A DNA stretch of 64,000 bases from positions 1 through 64,000 of the IMG/VR virus record IMGVR_UViG_2513237329_000013, one strand, 5' to 3'. Source of the stretch: a virus (Duplodnaviria; Caudoviricetes). The position numbers and the translations under genes are program-made. Under the pieces are notes generated by a model that did no database searches, was not told the origin of the DNA, and saw only the letters and a program-made list of their open reading frames with translations. Below are positions 1 to 9,638 of the stretch, one piece after another; the first letter of the stretch is position 1; the number at the start of each line of letters is the position of its first letter.

Positions 1-564
1 TCACTTTCTGCTGTGCATCAGCTCAGCGATTCCACTTGCATCATCCATTTCGATAATGCCAAGCAAATTCATTTCTGGCTGCACAACACTGTGCATATAA
101 CCGTCGCCATTCATGTTCTCATAGTCTGCGAAACACTCCCAGAATGTTTCTGACTCCATACGAGTCCACTCTTGACGCGGGTTATGCTCCTTGCTCGTGT
201 AATAACGATAATTTTGGAGCAGTCTGTCGCGTAGTTTATTACGCTCTCTGCGCTGAGCATTTTCCTCCATCTGCAATAAGCGGCAAGTATGTTCATCCTG
301 CGCCTTACGCAGCTCTTGGATTTCGCTTTCCAGCTTTTCTTGAATCCTAATGCTTTGTTGACGATATTCGGGGTACTTACGCACAGCTTCAAGCGCCTCT
401 TTCAGCTCTTTGTCCTTTTCTTTTTCAGCTTCGTATTTCTTAATAAGATAATCTCTGATCTTCTTATAAGTCATACCAAGGAAAACGGCTGCGAGAGCAA
501 CGGTAATCACATTGGAAACCGTAATGTTCCCGAAAGTCTTTAGAAACTCTTCGAGTCCAGTCAT
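1..564 (-). CDS. Lysis-module membrane protein (N-terminal TM helix plus coiled coil), holin-like
   Basis: Hydrophobic ITVALAAVFLG then charged coiled coil; GGAGG RBS; downstream of holin and endolysin. Confidence 0.6.
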   Translation of the reverse strand: MTGLEEFLKTFGNITVSNVITVALAAVFLGMTYKKIRDYLIKKYEAEKEKDKELKEALEAVRKYPEYRQQSIRIQEKLESEIQELRKAQDEHTCRLLQMEENAQRRERNKLRDRLLQNYRYYTSKEHNPRQEWTRMESETFWECFADYENMNGDGYMHSVVQPEMNLLGIIEMDDASGIAELMHSRK

Positions 565-592
565 AAAGTACCTCCAATCTGCTCAAACCTAA

Positions 593-907
593 TTAAGCTT
601 TTGGGGCATTTACGACCTTGCTCATATTGCACAGACTATCAATCAAATCGCTGATTGCATCCATGTCAATATCGTAGTCGATGGTATCAGCAGATGCCTT
701 TACCATTGCAAGCACCCACTCCTTACGCTCAGCACCAGTCTCAAATTTAGTCTCTGCGGTCTGCATAAGGTTCATTACCATATCCAGCACCTTAGACCAG
801 TTCTTTTCTCTGATCGCTTTCTGAACATATTTTACCAACTCAACTACAAGAGGAATTGCGGCAGCTAAACCGGCCAGAGCAGAAACAAGAATCTTTACCC
901 ATTCCAT
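593..907 (-). CDS. Phage holin (LL-H-like)
   Basis: 104 aa, one N-terminal TM, AE..F..GAERKEWV motif, lysis context. Confidence 0.7.
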   Translation of the reverse strand: MEWVKILVSALAGLAAAIPLVVELVKYVQKAIREKNWSKVLDMVMNLMQTAETKFETGAERKEWVLAMVKASADTIDYDIDMDAISDLIDSLCNMSKVVNAPKA

Positions 908-971
908 ATTGCGTATCCTCCTAACAAATAAAAAATAACAGTAGCCGGCAGACTACTGTTATCTTCTCAAA

Positions 972-1331
972 TTAAATAGCTGGACTTTCCCAGCTCGATC
1001 CGTCATCATTTACTGCGTCAGACATTGCCATTGCAAATTTGATGCCGTCTCCATTTCCACCAACATTTTCAGCTTCGCTTTTATGAACGATTTTACTTAG
1101 CACAATGCTACAAGCTGTACCAATCGGCGTAAATACCACCGTCCAGCACATCAGAGCGCCAGTATATCCGGTTCTAATGCTTTCGTTGGCAAGATAAAAG
1201 CCGCCAGCCAAGCCAGCAGCCAAAAACAAAAGTATGTAAATTGCAAGCCGATTGCTAAAGCCAAGCGAAACAAGATGATGGATGAAACCTTTCTTTTTCT
1301 TGCGACGCTTCACTTTACGCTTAACAGCCAT
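972..1331 (-). CDS. Two-TM membrane protein of lysis cassette
   Basis: Basic N-terminus, two hydrophobic helices; start overlaps endolysin stop. Confidence 0.6.
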   Translation of the reverse strand: MAVKRKVKRRKKKKGFIHHLVSLGFSNRLAIYILLFLAAGLAGGFYLANESIRTGYTGALMCWTVVFTPIGTACSIVLSKIVHKSEAENVGGNGDGIKFAMAMSDAVNDDGSSWESPAI

Positions 1332-2671
1332 TACGCTTTACCCATCAATTTTGCAAAACGATAGAATAGCGCTGCGGCCTGCTCTCTTGTAAGCTGATCC
1401 GCCCAAGCATAATTCGGCTCTCCATTTGCATTGTTTCCAGTGCCACCAATGAGACCGTTTGCGATTGCCCACTCACGAGCGTCCTTACTCCAAGTACCGC
1501 AATCGTTGTCCTGAAGCTCTGCACGATACTCTTTCATCAACTCTTTGAATCTATCCAAAGTCATATCTTCATCCTCCTGTTCTGCACTTTCACCAACAAG
1601 CGACCAATCTGGTCTACCGTACCCACAAATATATGTAGCGGTAAGATTATAGGATTTGGCTCTTACGCATCCACCATTAGGGATAACTCCAGAAGCGCTT
1701 GATGTATTTCCCTCAATCGTATAGACTTTGCCATTTCCAACAGCAATAACAAGTCCGGTGTGATAAGATGTTGCTCCGCCATCGTTAGTGAAGAAAATCT
1801 GATCGCCGGCCTGAGGATTGCTTTTATGGAACTGTCCCTTTTGCTTATAATACTGAACAGAATAGGTGCATCCAGCTCCAGCACCGCCATATGGCTGACA
1901 CAGCAGCTTCATAGCAAGATCTACGCCAAATGTCTTGATAAAACACCAGTCAACAAAAACATCGCACCAGGCATAGCCGTTCTTTTTGCCATTGTAAATA
2001 TTCCCGATGTTATCCAAATCACGGGCGTACTTTGTCCAGTTGTTACTACCGGCATTTGCAGTTTTACTATCAAGCTGGGCGTTCGTCGCCTTTTCCAAAT
2101 AGCCCTCTTCTGCCTTTGCCGTCGCAATAAGTCTTTCAATCGCAGTCAAACTACCAACTCCTTCCTTTGTCGTACTCTGTGCAAACTTGTCATAATAAGC
2201 TTGTCCATAGCTTGCACGTTTGTTTTGAACGGCTTCGCTTTGGTTAGCGGGTCGTTCATACTGTAATAGCACAGCGTTAGATGCTTCAAAAACGGACGTC
2301 GCAGACTGTAGCGTTTTCCACACAGTAGAATATCCGGAAAGCTCCTTGCAGAGAAATTCAAGCTGCATGTCCAAATCACCGATTGATTTTCCAACGCTTC
2401 GTGCGTAATTCAATAGGTTTTGCTTTCGACTCCAATATGTCCATTGGGCAAGTCCGTAACCAGCAGCATCCTTGACAAAGTTTGTATAGCTGCCATTATC
2501 AACGGCTTGCGTATAGCTCTGATCTGTAAAATTAAGCTTCTTCTCATATGAGTTTTGTAGATTGATAGGACTTAATCCAGACTCGGCGTATAGATTCCCC
2601 ATAAGCCCAGATACGCCAAAATCAGTAAAACCTTTTGACTTTAAGAATTTCCAGATTTTTTCTTCATTCAT
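1331..2671 (-). CDS. Endolysin: phage-tail-lysozyme domain + CHAP amidase + SLH-like C-terminus
   Basis: GLMGNLYAES..GYGLAQWT (lysozyme); WCDVFV..HTGLV..IEGNT (CHAP); WAIANGLIGG..TREQAAALFYR (SLH-like). Confidence 0.88.
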   Translation of the reverse strand: MNEEKIWKFLKSKGFTDFGVSGLMGNLYAESGLSPINLQNSYEKKLNFTDQSYTQAVDNGSYTNFVKDAAGYGLAQWTYWSRKQNLLNYARSVGKSIGDLDMQLEFLCKELSGYSTVWKTLQSATSVFEASNAVLLQYERPANQSEAVQNKRASYGQAYYDKFAQSTTKEGVGSLTAIERLIATAKAEEGYLEKATNAQLDSKTANAGSNNWTKYARDLDNIGNIYNGKKNGYAWCDVFVDWCFIKTFGVDLAMKLLCQPYGGAGAGCTYSVQYYKQKGQFHKSNPQAGDQIFFTNDGGATSYHTGLVIAVGNGKVYTIEGNTSSASGVIPNGGCVRAKSYNLTATYICGYGRPDWSLVGESAEQEDEDMTLDRFKELMKEYRAELQDNDCGTWSKDAREWAIANGLIGGTGNNANGEPNYAWADQLTREQAAALFYRFAKLMGKA

Positions 2672-2685
2672 TTATATCACCGCCC

Positions 2686-3111
2686 TTAAACCAGCGTATA
2701 ATGCGGCTTCTCTTCTCCGAAAAACCAATATCGAAAATAATCGTCAAGTACAATAGCCACGACAGACAATCCAACCCAAGCAAAGAAAAACGGCAAGCAA
2801 ATTTGCCCTATCAAATTAAACGGTAGATTTGAATAGTCCCACACATTTAATCCAAGCCAAACATTCACAATTAAGCCTGTAATAAATTCAAGAGCGGTTA
2901 CAAGTACACCGCCGATTAAAGCCTGCCATACAATACCAAGTTCCCACGGGAACAGTTCGTTGATTAAACCGATGGAAACAAAGCACATACCGCCAAGAAT
3001 AAACATGGAAATATGACTATGACCGCGCCAGAGCAATTCAATCAAAACATAGGCAGCACCGCCAATAACAAACAGTGCTGCCAGTTTGAAAAATGTCTTC
3101 AGATTACGCAT
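2686..3111 (-). CDS. Four-TM membrane protein (CmpB/putative ABC permease-like family)
   Basis: IELLWRG.SH..MF..GG and WDYS.LPFN..GQICL motifs. Confidence 0.7.
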   Translation of the reverse strand: MRNLKTFFKLAALFVIGGAAYVLIELLWRGHSHISMFILGGMCFVSIGLINELFPWELGIVWQALIGGVLVTALEFITGLIVNVWLGLNVWDYSNLPFNLIGQICLPFFFAWVGLSVVAIVLDDYFRYWFFGEEKPHYTLV

Positions 3112-3703
3112 TTGCCGCGCTGCTCAGACGAGCAATAATTGCTTGCATTTGTTCATTTGCAACAGCAAGCTTTTCATTCATTTCGGTATTATACGGATCT
3201 GGCAAAGTCATTCCATATACAATTGATGTGACAGCTTCAACGCTATCCAAAGATTGTACATAAGCTTTCAATTCGTTGTGATATGTTGTTTGTGTCGTAA
3301 TAAGTGTTTGCGCAGCAATGTAAATCGTTGCAATTTCCGACGCTGTATAGATACGGCAAACGCCGCCATCAGCCTGATACGGGAACTCAGTTCCGCCAAG
3401 CTCGACAACGCGGAACAGGTTTGCGATATTTGCCTGATCCTCCGTGCTTAGATTAAAATGCACTGTTTCGCCATCGAGAGTAAGATCAACGCCGTTCACG
3501 ATTGTTTCGTTACAAGCAATCGAAATCTCTTTCAGCTTTGCCGCACGGACAATTGGCAAAGTGTCTTCACCACCAATGATCTCAACAGCATCATCAAGTG
3601 TAATCCAGCCGTTTGCAACTGCTTTAAGCAAGCCGTTCGCACTAATGCATGGCGTAATGCCGGCCTGTCCATTCTGGTATAGCTCTCTAAGTTTCTCTTT
3701 CAT
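3104..3703 (-). CDS. DUF4376-like tail-fibre-associated protein
   Basis: KLKEISIAC..I..G, F.LS.EDQ.N and YQADG motifs; context. Confidence 0.6.
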   Translation of the reverse strand: MKEKLRELYQNGQAGITPCISANGLLKAVANGWITLDDAVEIIGGEDTLPIVRAAKLKEISIACNETIVNGVDLTLDGETVHFNLSTEDQANIANLFRVVELGGTEFPYQADGGVCRIYTASEIATIYIAAQTLITTQTTYHNELKAYVQSLDSVEAVTSIVYGMTLPDPYNTEMNEKLAVANEQMQAIIARLSSAANA

Positions 3704-3705
3704 TG

Positions 3706-3978
3706 TTATCCCTCCAAAATCGTTTGAATCATTTCATTGATTGCGGACTGTTGATGGGATACAGCAGTCCCGCCGTCAATCTCAGATACAACAACGGTTT
3801 CTGCACCTTCAATTTCGTCATGTCCAACGAGGTTATATGGAGTGCTATCAAATGCGATACCAATGGCATCACTTTTTGTTGCTGTTGCAAAACTGCCGCT
3901 ACTGCCAATTTTGATATAATTGACAGCCTCAGTAATTCCAACCTCTGCTCCATCGACTACCTTAATAATTCGATACAT
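3706..3978 (-). CDS. Hypothetical protein
   Basis: ORF with GGAGG RBS, tightly coupled to neighbours. Confidence 0.7.
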   Translation of the reverse strand: MYRIIKVVDGAEVGITEAVNYIKIGSSGSFATATKSDAIGIAFDSTPYNLVGHDEIEGAETVVVSEIDGGTAVSHQQSAINEMIQTILEG

Positions 3979-4380
3979 TTACTTGTCCTCCTTTGCTCCG
4001 ACTAAATTTGCAATATAAAGTAAAACATCAATATCAGCGTTGAAAAACTCATGATTCCAAAGCCAATAATCTTCATATTCTGGCCTTTTGTATTGACGGC
4101 ATTTTGGATCTGCCCAGACCTTATCCCATCGGATCTGATAATTACCATCACGCTTAGAAAGTGTTTTTTGAATGGTCTGAGTTAATTTGCCACGACGCAA
4201 ACCGCACTCGTCATCGTTTCTCGCAAAAAACTGATGAGCATTTTCACTTGTCGTATAACAAACAGGAAGACCGTTGTAATAAATAACACCGCAGATTTCT
4301 TCACAAATAGTTGTCGCTGGAATATTTACGCCACCGCAAATAGCAGTGTCCTTCAATCTTCTATGTACAATGTACTGCAT
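3979..4380 (-). CDS. Hypothetical protein directly downstream of the DGR RT
   Basis: 133 aa ORF overlapping the RT 3' end. Confidence 0.7.
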   Translation of the reverse strand: MQYIVHRRLKDTAICGGVNIPATTICEEICGVIYYNGLPVCYTTSENAHQFFARNDDECGLRRGKLTQTIQKTLSKRDGNYQIRWDKVWADPKCRQYKRPEYEDYWLWNHEFFNADIDVLLYIANLVGAKEDK

Positions 4381-5542
4381 CTTTTAATCTCTCCATTGCT
4401 CTGAAATTTTCTATGTTTTCTGCTGAAAAGCCATAGATAGCATAAAAGAGCCGTCGCAGCCTCAACACTCGTTGATGGTTTTGGTAGCTCTCTAAATACG
4501 CAAGCATTCCATTTACAGAAGTCCATAAATCCTCGTAGGACATTTCTCCGTTCTGGACTTTCTCGTAGAATGTTTTGATTTTGTGTCTGGTACGCTTGAA
4601 GCTTCCTCGATTACCAGTCACAATAACACGACCGCTTTCCGTCAAGATATATTTCGCCTTACAATAACGAAACGGTTTGGAGAGCGGAACAATTCTGGAT
4701 TTTTCTTTACTAATTGTCAGATCCAGTTCTGACGCTTTTTGAACAATGAGACGCATGATCTCCTTTGGGTCTTGATTCGGAGGAACTATGATATAGTAGT
4801 CATCCATATAATGACCAGCGCATTTAATAGAGAGCTGGCATTTAATGTAGTTATCGAGCGGAGATGGAAAAGCAATCATTTCAGCCTGACTTGGCTCAAC
4901 TCCAAGCGGCATACCTTTATCGCTGGTGCTTGATGCAACGATATCATCACCAAGCTTGCGTAAATCATAATCATGAATCAGCTTGTCATGACGAGCATAA
5001 ATAACGCGATGCGATGCACTCGGAAAGAATTGCTTGCAGTCTAAAAGGATTATGTTTCCATTTCTCCCATAGCGCTTAAAATGATAATGCAAGTCCTCAC
5101 GCAAAAGTCTTTTAGAGAAATGAAAACCTTTGCCTGGAAGACTTGCTCCGTTATTCCAAATCATATCTGGCAGATATAAAGGTAATAGGACTTTCTTTGT
5201 GTAAACCTTATGTATCTGCCTGTCTTGAATACGAGGTGCGTCAATTGGTCTTGTTTTGCCGCGCTCGGAGATAACAAAATGAACATATGGACATGGCTTC
5301 CACATTTTATCCAGCAGTAATTTTCTCCGCCGCGCCGTGCCAGAAAACAAGTGCATTTCAAATCTTTGTGCGCTATTCTTCCAGCGTACACCGTTGCAGC
5401 ATTGCTTTCCTGCTTTGTATAAGTCGCCATAGGAAAATACATCTGCCATTGTTCCTACAGCAAAGCTTCGTTCTTGTTTCTTGCGCCATCTCTCGGCTTT
5501 CCGTCTTTGGAATCTTGCCTCATGACGCTCTTTGCTTGTCAT
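4361..5542 (-). CDS. DGR reverse transcriptase
   Basis: ERGKTR.I, DRQIH, G..LG..SQ and YMDD motifs; next to TR and avd. Confidence 0.96.
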   Translation of the reverse strand: MTSKERHEARFQRRKAERWRKKQERSFAVGTMADVFSYGDLYKAGKQCCNGVRWKNSAQRFEMHLFSGTARRRKLLLDKMWKPCPYVHFVISERGKTRPIDAPRIQDRQIHKVYTKKVLLPLYLPDMIWNNGASLPGKGFHFSKRLLREDLHYHFKRYGRNGNIILLDCKQFFPSASHRVIYARHDKLIHDYDLRKLGDDIVASSTSDKGMPLGVEPSQAEMIAFPSPLDNYIKCQLSIKCAGHYMDDYYIIVPPNQDPKEIMRLIVQKASELDLTISKEKSRIVPLSKPFRYCKAKYILTESGRVIVTGNRGSFKRTRHKIKTFYEKVQNGEMSYEDLWTSVNGMLAYLESYQNHQRVLRLRRLFYAIYGFSAENIENFRAMERLKDAVHCT

Positions 5543-5775
5543 AAATAGTTATTCGCCTTTCGTACAGTTGTAATATAGAGTGCGCCTAAACTGCTTTGCC
5601 TTGACACATGAAATAGGATTAAGCACAATATCCTCCCACCATGCAAGAAGCGTCCGTGCAAAAGCATCAAAAGAGCGGTTTCGGGTTTTATCCACGGGAA
5701 ACATTTCTCCTTTCGCAAAGGTCTCCGTCATCCTCAAAAGGACTACCGTATTTGACCATACCTAAAAAGGGTTGC

Positions 5776-5900
5776 GAAATCGGGGGCGAGGCCATTGGAA
5801 TTCCTGGCGTTGTTGTTGTTCGCGTTGCCGTTCGTGTTCACATTGCAGAAGTTGTTGCTGTTGTTGTAGTACGGAGAACGCTCCCACCAATTCGCAGTGG
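5776..5900 (-). repeat. DGR template repeat (TR)
   Basis: AAC/AAT-rich 125 bp; aligns without gaps to 6540-6664 and, in part, to 46002-46106, with mismatches almost only at TR adenines. Confidence 0.97.
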
Positions 5901-5996
5901 ACAGCGGGAATCCCCAAAGCCGACAGGTTTTACAGAAATGCACCCAATTTTTATGATTTGGTAAGCAAAGCCCAATTTTCGTGGGTAGATATAATA

Positions 5997-6452
5997 TCAG
6001 CGGTCTTTGTCGCTCTTTAATGTATTTGTCAAAAGACTGTTTTCGGAATCAATCAGTTCACCAAGCGATTGCGCCATATTTTCAAGAATTTCTTTCGCTC
6101 TCGCTGGTTTAACTGGATTCCCGTTTGATGTTGTGAAACATCCCTCTGGATTCAGCATCATAATGTCGTAGCAATGAGACAACTCAACATCCAAAGCCAT
6201 CAACGCAGCTCTTGACTCTAAAAGGTGTTGCTTGCGCAATTCCTTTCTGGTGTGATCCGATGGAAAGATACTATTTGCCTTTTCTGCGTTCACAAGGACT
6301 TCTGACGCAAGATGTGATACATCGTTTGCCATCAATCTTGAAAATCTTGCAGAAAGTCGAGATAAGAAGTTAATCGTTTCCACATAAATCTTGTTTGCGG
6401 TATTTACAAACTCAGCTTTGCTTTCAGATCTATGTGCTTTTAATACCGACAT
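5997..6452 (-). CDS. avd: DGR accessory variability determinant (Avd-like four-helix protein)
   Basis: 151 aa helical ORF between target and TR; MSVLK..RSES..EF and ANSIFP...R motifs. Confidence 0.85.
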   Translation of the reverse strand: MSVLKAHRSESKAEFVNTANKIYVETINFLSRLSARFSRLMANDVSHLASEVLVNAEKANSIFPSDHTRKELRKQHLLESRAALMALDVELSHCYDIMMLNPEGCFTTSNGNPVKPARAKEILENMAQSLGELIDSENSLLTNTLKSDKDR

Positions 6453-6494
6453 AAATAGAACTCCTTTTTATATTTTGAAAAACAAAAGAAACCC

Positions 6495-6510
6495 GCCCTC
6501 TTTCGAGGGC
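6495..6510 (-). other. DGR target-recognition hairpin after VR1
   Basis: GCCCTC-GAAA-GAGGGC, 20 nt after the target stop codon. Confidence 0.85.
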
Positions 6511-6530
6511 AGGATTCTCTTGATACGGGA

Positions 6531-8561
6531 TTAGACGCGGAAAGCGGGGGCGAGGCCAAGGGAAAACCTGGCGCCGTCGTAGCCCGCGTCGCCGTTCGTG
6601 TCCACACCGCAGAAGTAGGTGCCGTTGTTGTAGAACGGAGAACGCTCCCACCAACGCGCAGTGGTAGAGGTGGAACTATCACGATACTTCACCTTAGAAT
6701 TACCATTCTTGAAGTATTGATACTGTGCCTGATAAGTCTGTTCTGTAGAATTCGCATAGCTTCTACTACCGAAAATCTCATACTCAGCCAATAGCGGCAA
6801 GTAGTCAACAGATGTGGTAACATTCGACGCTGTGTTTGAACCGCCGCCAACATTATCCGTATAGATCGTCATTGGCTGCATCACAGCACGAAGATCTGAC
6901 GGAAGAGCTGCCATTAGCGTATTCGCAACAGGATTTGTCGCAGTCGTAGATGTAGCATCGCCATCATTCGTATTCGTTGAGCCAAGCACATCGTAACGAA
7001 GATCGCAGCCTTTCCAGCCACCAGAGTTCGTATTTGAACTATGGTTCATGTTGAAATATTTCGTTCCGTCTGTGGAATAGCTGTTGTACTTACTGTCTGT
7101 CAAGCAAATATCAACACCATTAGTCAAAGCGGTCTTGAATGTACCAAAATCAATGCCAGTTGCACCATTATGATTAAATCCAAGGATAAAAACATAATAA
7201 GTTCCGCTGACTGACTTAGTACCAACTGTTCCACTCACAGAGACAGCCTTACGATCACCGACCGCCCAATAGCTTGCACCTGTTCCAGAGACACTGTGAA
7301 TAGCCGCCCAAGAGTTGTCATTCAGCGTAGCAAGAATGAACTCAGCTTTGACCGTGACAGTTTTGCTTGCGGGTGCGGTATAGTTCGTACCGGCAGTACA
7401 ACTAACTGTGATAGTAGCTTCTCCGTTTGTCTGATTGACATGAGAAACTGTAACCGTAGTCCCACTACGAGAAGCTGTCGCCACGCTTGTCTTATTAGAT
7501 GTAACACTCAAAGTACCATCATAATTTCCGCCGATTGTAAATGTATCAGTCAGCTTACTTAGGTTCAGCGTGATACTTGTCTTGCTTACAGTCAGCGTAC
7601 CAGTTGCCTTACCGATCTTCCACGAAACAGTCTTTGCCGTAATCGTACCGTCAGACCAGCAATAGTCATCTTTCGGCGTAAATGTAGCATTGTATGTACC
7701 GGCGTTTGTCCCAGATGTCGTTCCGCCAATCGTCATCTTGGATGTATCATAGTTACTCCAAGACGGGGACTGAGAGTTCTTATTGTATGTCAATGTACCA
7801 CTCTGGCTTGGAACAGTCGAAATCTTCAAACGATTTGGAACTCCGGTTATTCTATTACTTGTGTTTACATTAACTGCACCATCCGTAGAGATGGGGAAGA
7901 ATGAAATGTAATAGGTTGTTCCGTTAGTTAGGCCGGTAACAGTAAGTGCGGAATTCGCATACTGATTACGAGTGGTCACATTTAAGCTATAAGCCGCAGC
8001 GCTATCATCTGGAGAAGTTGCGTAGCTTCCAGCCTTAACGACAATCTTTGTGCTTGCCCATGTCGCAAGCGTCACGCCGTCCGAAACTACGGTCGCGGCT
8101 GGATCAGTCCACTTGATTGCAAGCTTTCCATTACCAGCGGCAACGGCGCTTGCACCAGAAATATTACCAACATTTACAGCAGCAGGAGTAACATTGAATT
8201 CGTCCTCCGCACTGTCCGTATATGTACCAGTGGTAGTGTATGGGAACAGCTTGTAGTAATACTTCACGCCGTTAGTCAATCCACTATCACAGAAATAGGC
8301 AGATTTATATTGATCTCGTGTCTTGCTGTCGAGAACGATTGTGCCATCTCTACGACTTGTCGGAGCAGAACCAGCCTTACGAACAAGGAGTGTTCCTCCC
8401 CATGCGGCAAGAGTAGAGCCGGCAACGACCATATCATCAGGATCAGTCCATTTTACATAGACCTTTCCAGCCGCCGCGAGCGTTGCAATTCCCGTAACAG
8501 CAGCAAGGGCAAGTCCGCCGCCAGATCCGCCGCCAGTTGGGAAATTAGAAATAATAGGCAT
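6531..8561 (-). CDS. DGR target 1: tail adhesin with two FnIII-like repeats, Ig-like domains and C-terminal CLec-like (DUF6273-like) domain
   Basis: Duplicated KWTDP..LA.W..KAGS..TR.QY..GLTNG..YY unit; Thr/Ser-rich; ends in VR (WWERSP...GLAPAFRV); last gene of fibre block. Confidence 0.9.
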   Translation of the reverse strand: MPIISNFPTGGGSGGGLALAAVTGIATLAAAGKVYVKWTDPDDMVVAGSTLAAWGGTLLVRKAGSAPTSRRDGTIVLDSKTRDQYKSAYFCDSGLTNGVKYYYKLFPYTTTGTYTDSAEDEFNVTPAAVNVGNISGASAVAAGNGKLAIKWTDPAATVVSDGVTLATWASTKIVVKAGSYATSPDDSAAAYSLNVTTRNQYANSALTVTGLTNGTTYYISFFPISTDGAVNVNTSNRITGVPNRLKISTVPSQSGTLTYNKNSQSPSWSNYDTSKMTIGGTTSGTNAGTYNATFTPKDDYCWSDGTITAKTVSWKIGKATGTLTVSKTSITLNLSKLTDTFTIGGNYDGTLSVTSNKTSVATASRSGTTVTVSHVNQTNGEATITVSCTAGTNYTAPASKTVTVKAEFILATLNDNSWAAIHSVSGTGASYWAVGDRKAVSVSGTVGTKSVSGTYYVFILGFNHNGATGIDFGTFKTALTNGVDICLTDSKYNSYSTDGTKYFNMNHSSNTNSGGWKGCDLRYDVLGSTNTNDGDATSTTATNPVANTLMAALPSDLRAVMQPMTIYTDNVGGGSNTASNVTTSVDYLPLLAEYEIFGSRSYANSTEQTYQAQYQYFKNGNSKVKYRDSSTSTTARWWERSPFYNNGTYFCGVDTNGDAGYDGARFSLGLAPAFRV
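6540..6664 (-). repeat. DGR variable region VR1
   Basis: 21 mismatches to TR over 125 bp by hand count, all at TR adenines. Confidence 0.97.
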
Positions 8562-8574
8562 ATTGATTCCTCCA

Positions 8575-8979
8575 TTAACCTAAGAGAATAATTACAACGG
8601 GAATATCTTGTTCTGGGAGTTCACCATCAGCTACGATTTGTAGCTTTCCGTTTTCCTGACCAGTGATGGAGAGCAACGCTTCTCGCGCAATTTCCCGTTG
8701 CTCGGCAGTCGCACTATGCGCCACCGAAATAGTTCCGTTTTGCGCAGCACCAAGCCCCTCAATAGAGAGTTCTTGTGTAAAAGGAGCATCTACGCCTACC
8801 CATGCGGAAGCCAGCAATGTTGCCGTAGCTGAAGTGCTTTTGTCTGCTTTCTCGCCAAGAGCGGTGTCAATTTTCACCATATTGGATTGCTCAGAACCAT
8901 TCATTTTCTGTCTCCATGTTTGGAACTTAGCAGACGCATCATCTTCCAAATAAAGCCCGTAGTTAGTTGTTTCGCTCAT
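8575..8979 (-). CDS. Tail fibre-associated protein
   Basis: T.NYGL N-terminus; C-terminal domain paralogous to 8998-9546. Confidence 0.6.
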   Translation of the reverse strand: MSETTNYGLYLEDDASAKFQTWRQKMNGSEQSNMVKIDTALGEKADKSTSATATLLASAWVGVDAPFTQELSIEGLGAAQNGTISVAHSATAEQREIAREALLSITGQENGKLQIVADGELPEQDIPVVIILLG

Positions 8980-8997
8980 CCGTCAACACCGCCTTTC

Positions 8998-9546
8998 TTA
9001 ACTCAGCAAAATAATGACGGTCGGAATATCGCAGGTGGGTACAGTGCCATCCGCAGCGATTGTGATAGTTCCATCGGCCTGAGCGCAGACATAAAGCTCT
9101 CCATTCTTTACTGCCTCCATCGCTTGTGCTGAAATGTCTTGTGTAATGCTGATAATTCCATTCTGATTTGCACCTAATCCATTGATCGAAATACTCTGTT
9201 TGCCGTTCACCCATCCATCTGCGGCCAGAGTTGCATAAACAGCGTCGCTTGCGCCGCTTCCAGATGTGAGGTCAACCCACGCATCATTCAAATAGCGCCA
9301 GAAGTGAGCCGTATCTTTTACAAAGTAAAATTTGTCCAATGGAGCAAGGATTGCTGTTCTTTCCGCGTCCGTCTCCAAATCAATAATGTCAGTAAGATGT
9401 TTACGAACATTGTCTTTGGTGTCATAGTAGACATCGGAAGTATCAGTGCAGATCAGATACCGTCCAGGTGTAATCGGAATCAAGGCAGTATTTTCAGCCT
9501 TGCTTTTTACCGTTTCAAAAACCCGAAAATTGTATCCCACTTGCAC
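8998..9546 (-). CDS. Tail fibre-associated protein (true start probably GTG at 9540)
   Basis: C-terminus similar to 8575-8979 (GLGA.QNG.IS..Q..G...ADG..P..DIP.VIILL). Confidence 0.6.
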   Translation of the reverse strand: MQVGYNFRVFETVKSKAENTALIPITPGRYLICTDTSDVYYDTKDNVRKHLTDIIDLETDAERTAILAPLDKFYFVKDTAHFWRYLNDAWVDLTSGSGASDAVYATLAADGWVNGKQSISINGLGANQNGIISITQDISAQAMEAVKNGELYVCAQADGTITIAADGTVPTCDIPTVIILLS

Positions 9547-9562
9547 ACCTCCTTAAATTGAT

Positions 9563-9593
9563 AAAGAAAGCGGACGGGCTTTTGCCCGTCCGC
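9563..9593 (-). terminator. Intrinsic terminator
   Basis: GCGGACGGGC-AAAA-GCCCGTCCGC then TTTCTTT. Confidence 0.75.
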
Positions 9594-9638
9594 CGTTTTC
9601 GGATATATCATTGATTGAAGCGAATGAAAAATCCTCGA

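Noticed and set aside
4361-5542. RT as group II intron or retron
   Set aside because: No maturase domain or msr/msd seen; TR, VRs and avd identify a DGR
5743-5943. 66-aa Asn-rich ORF resembling the target C-terminus
   Set aside because: It is the TR read in frame; TRs act as RNA templates and there is no clear RBS
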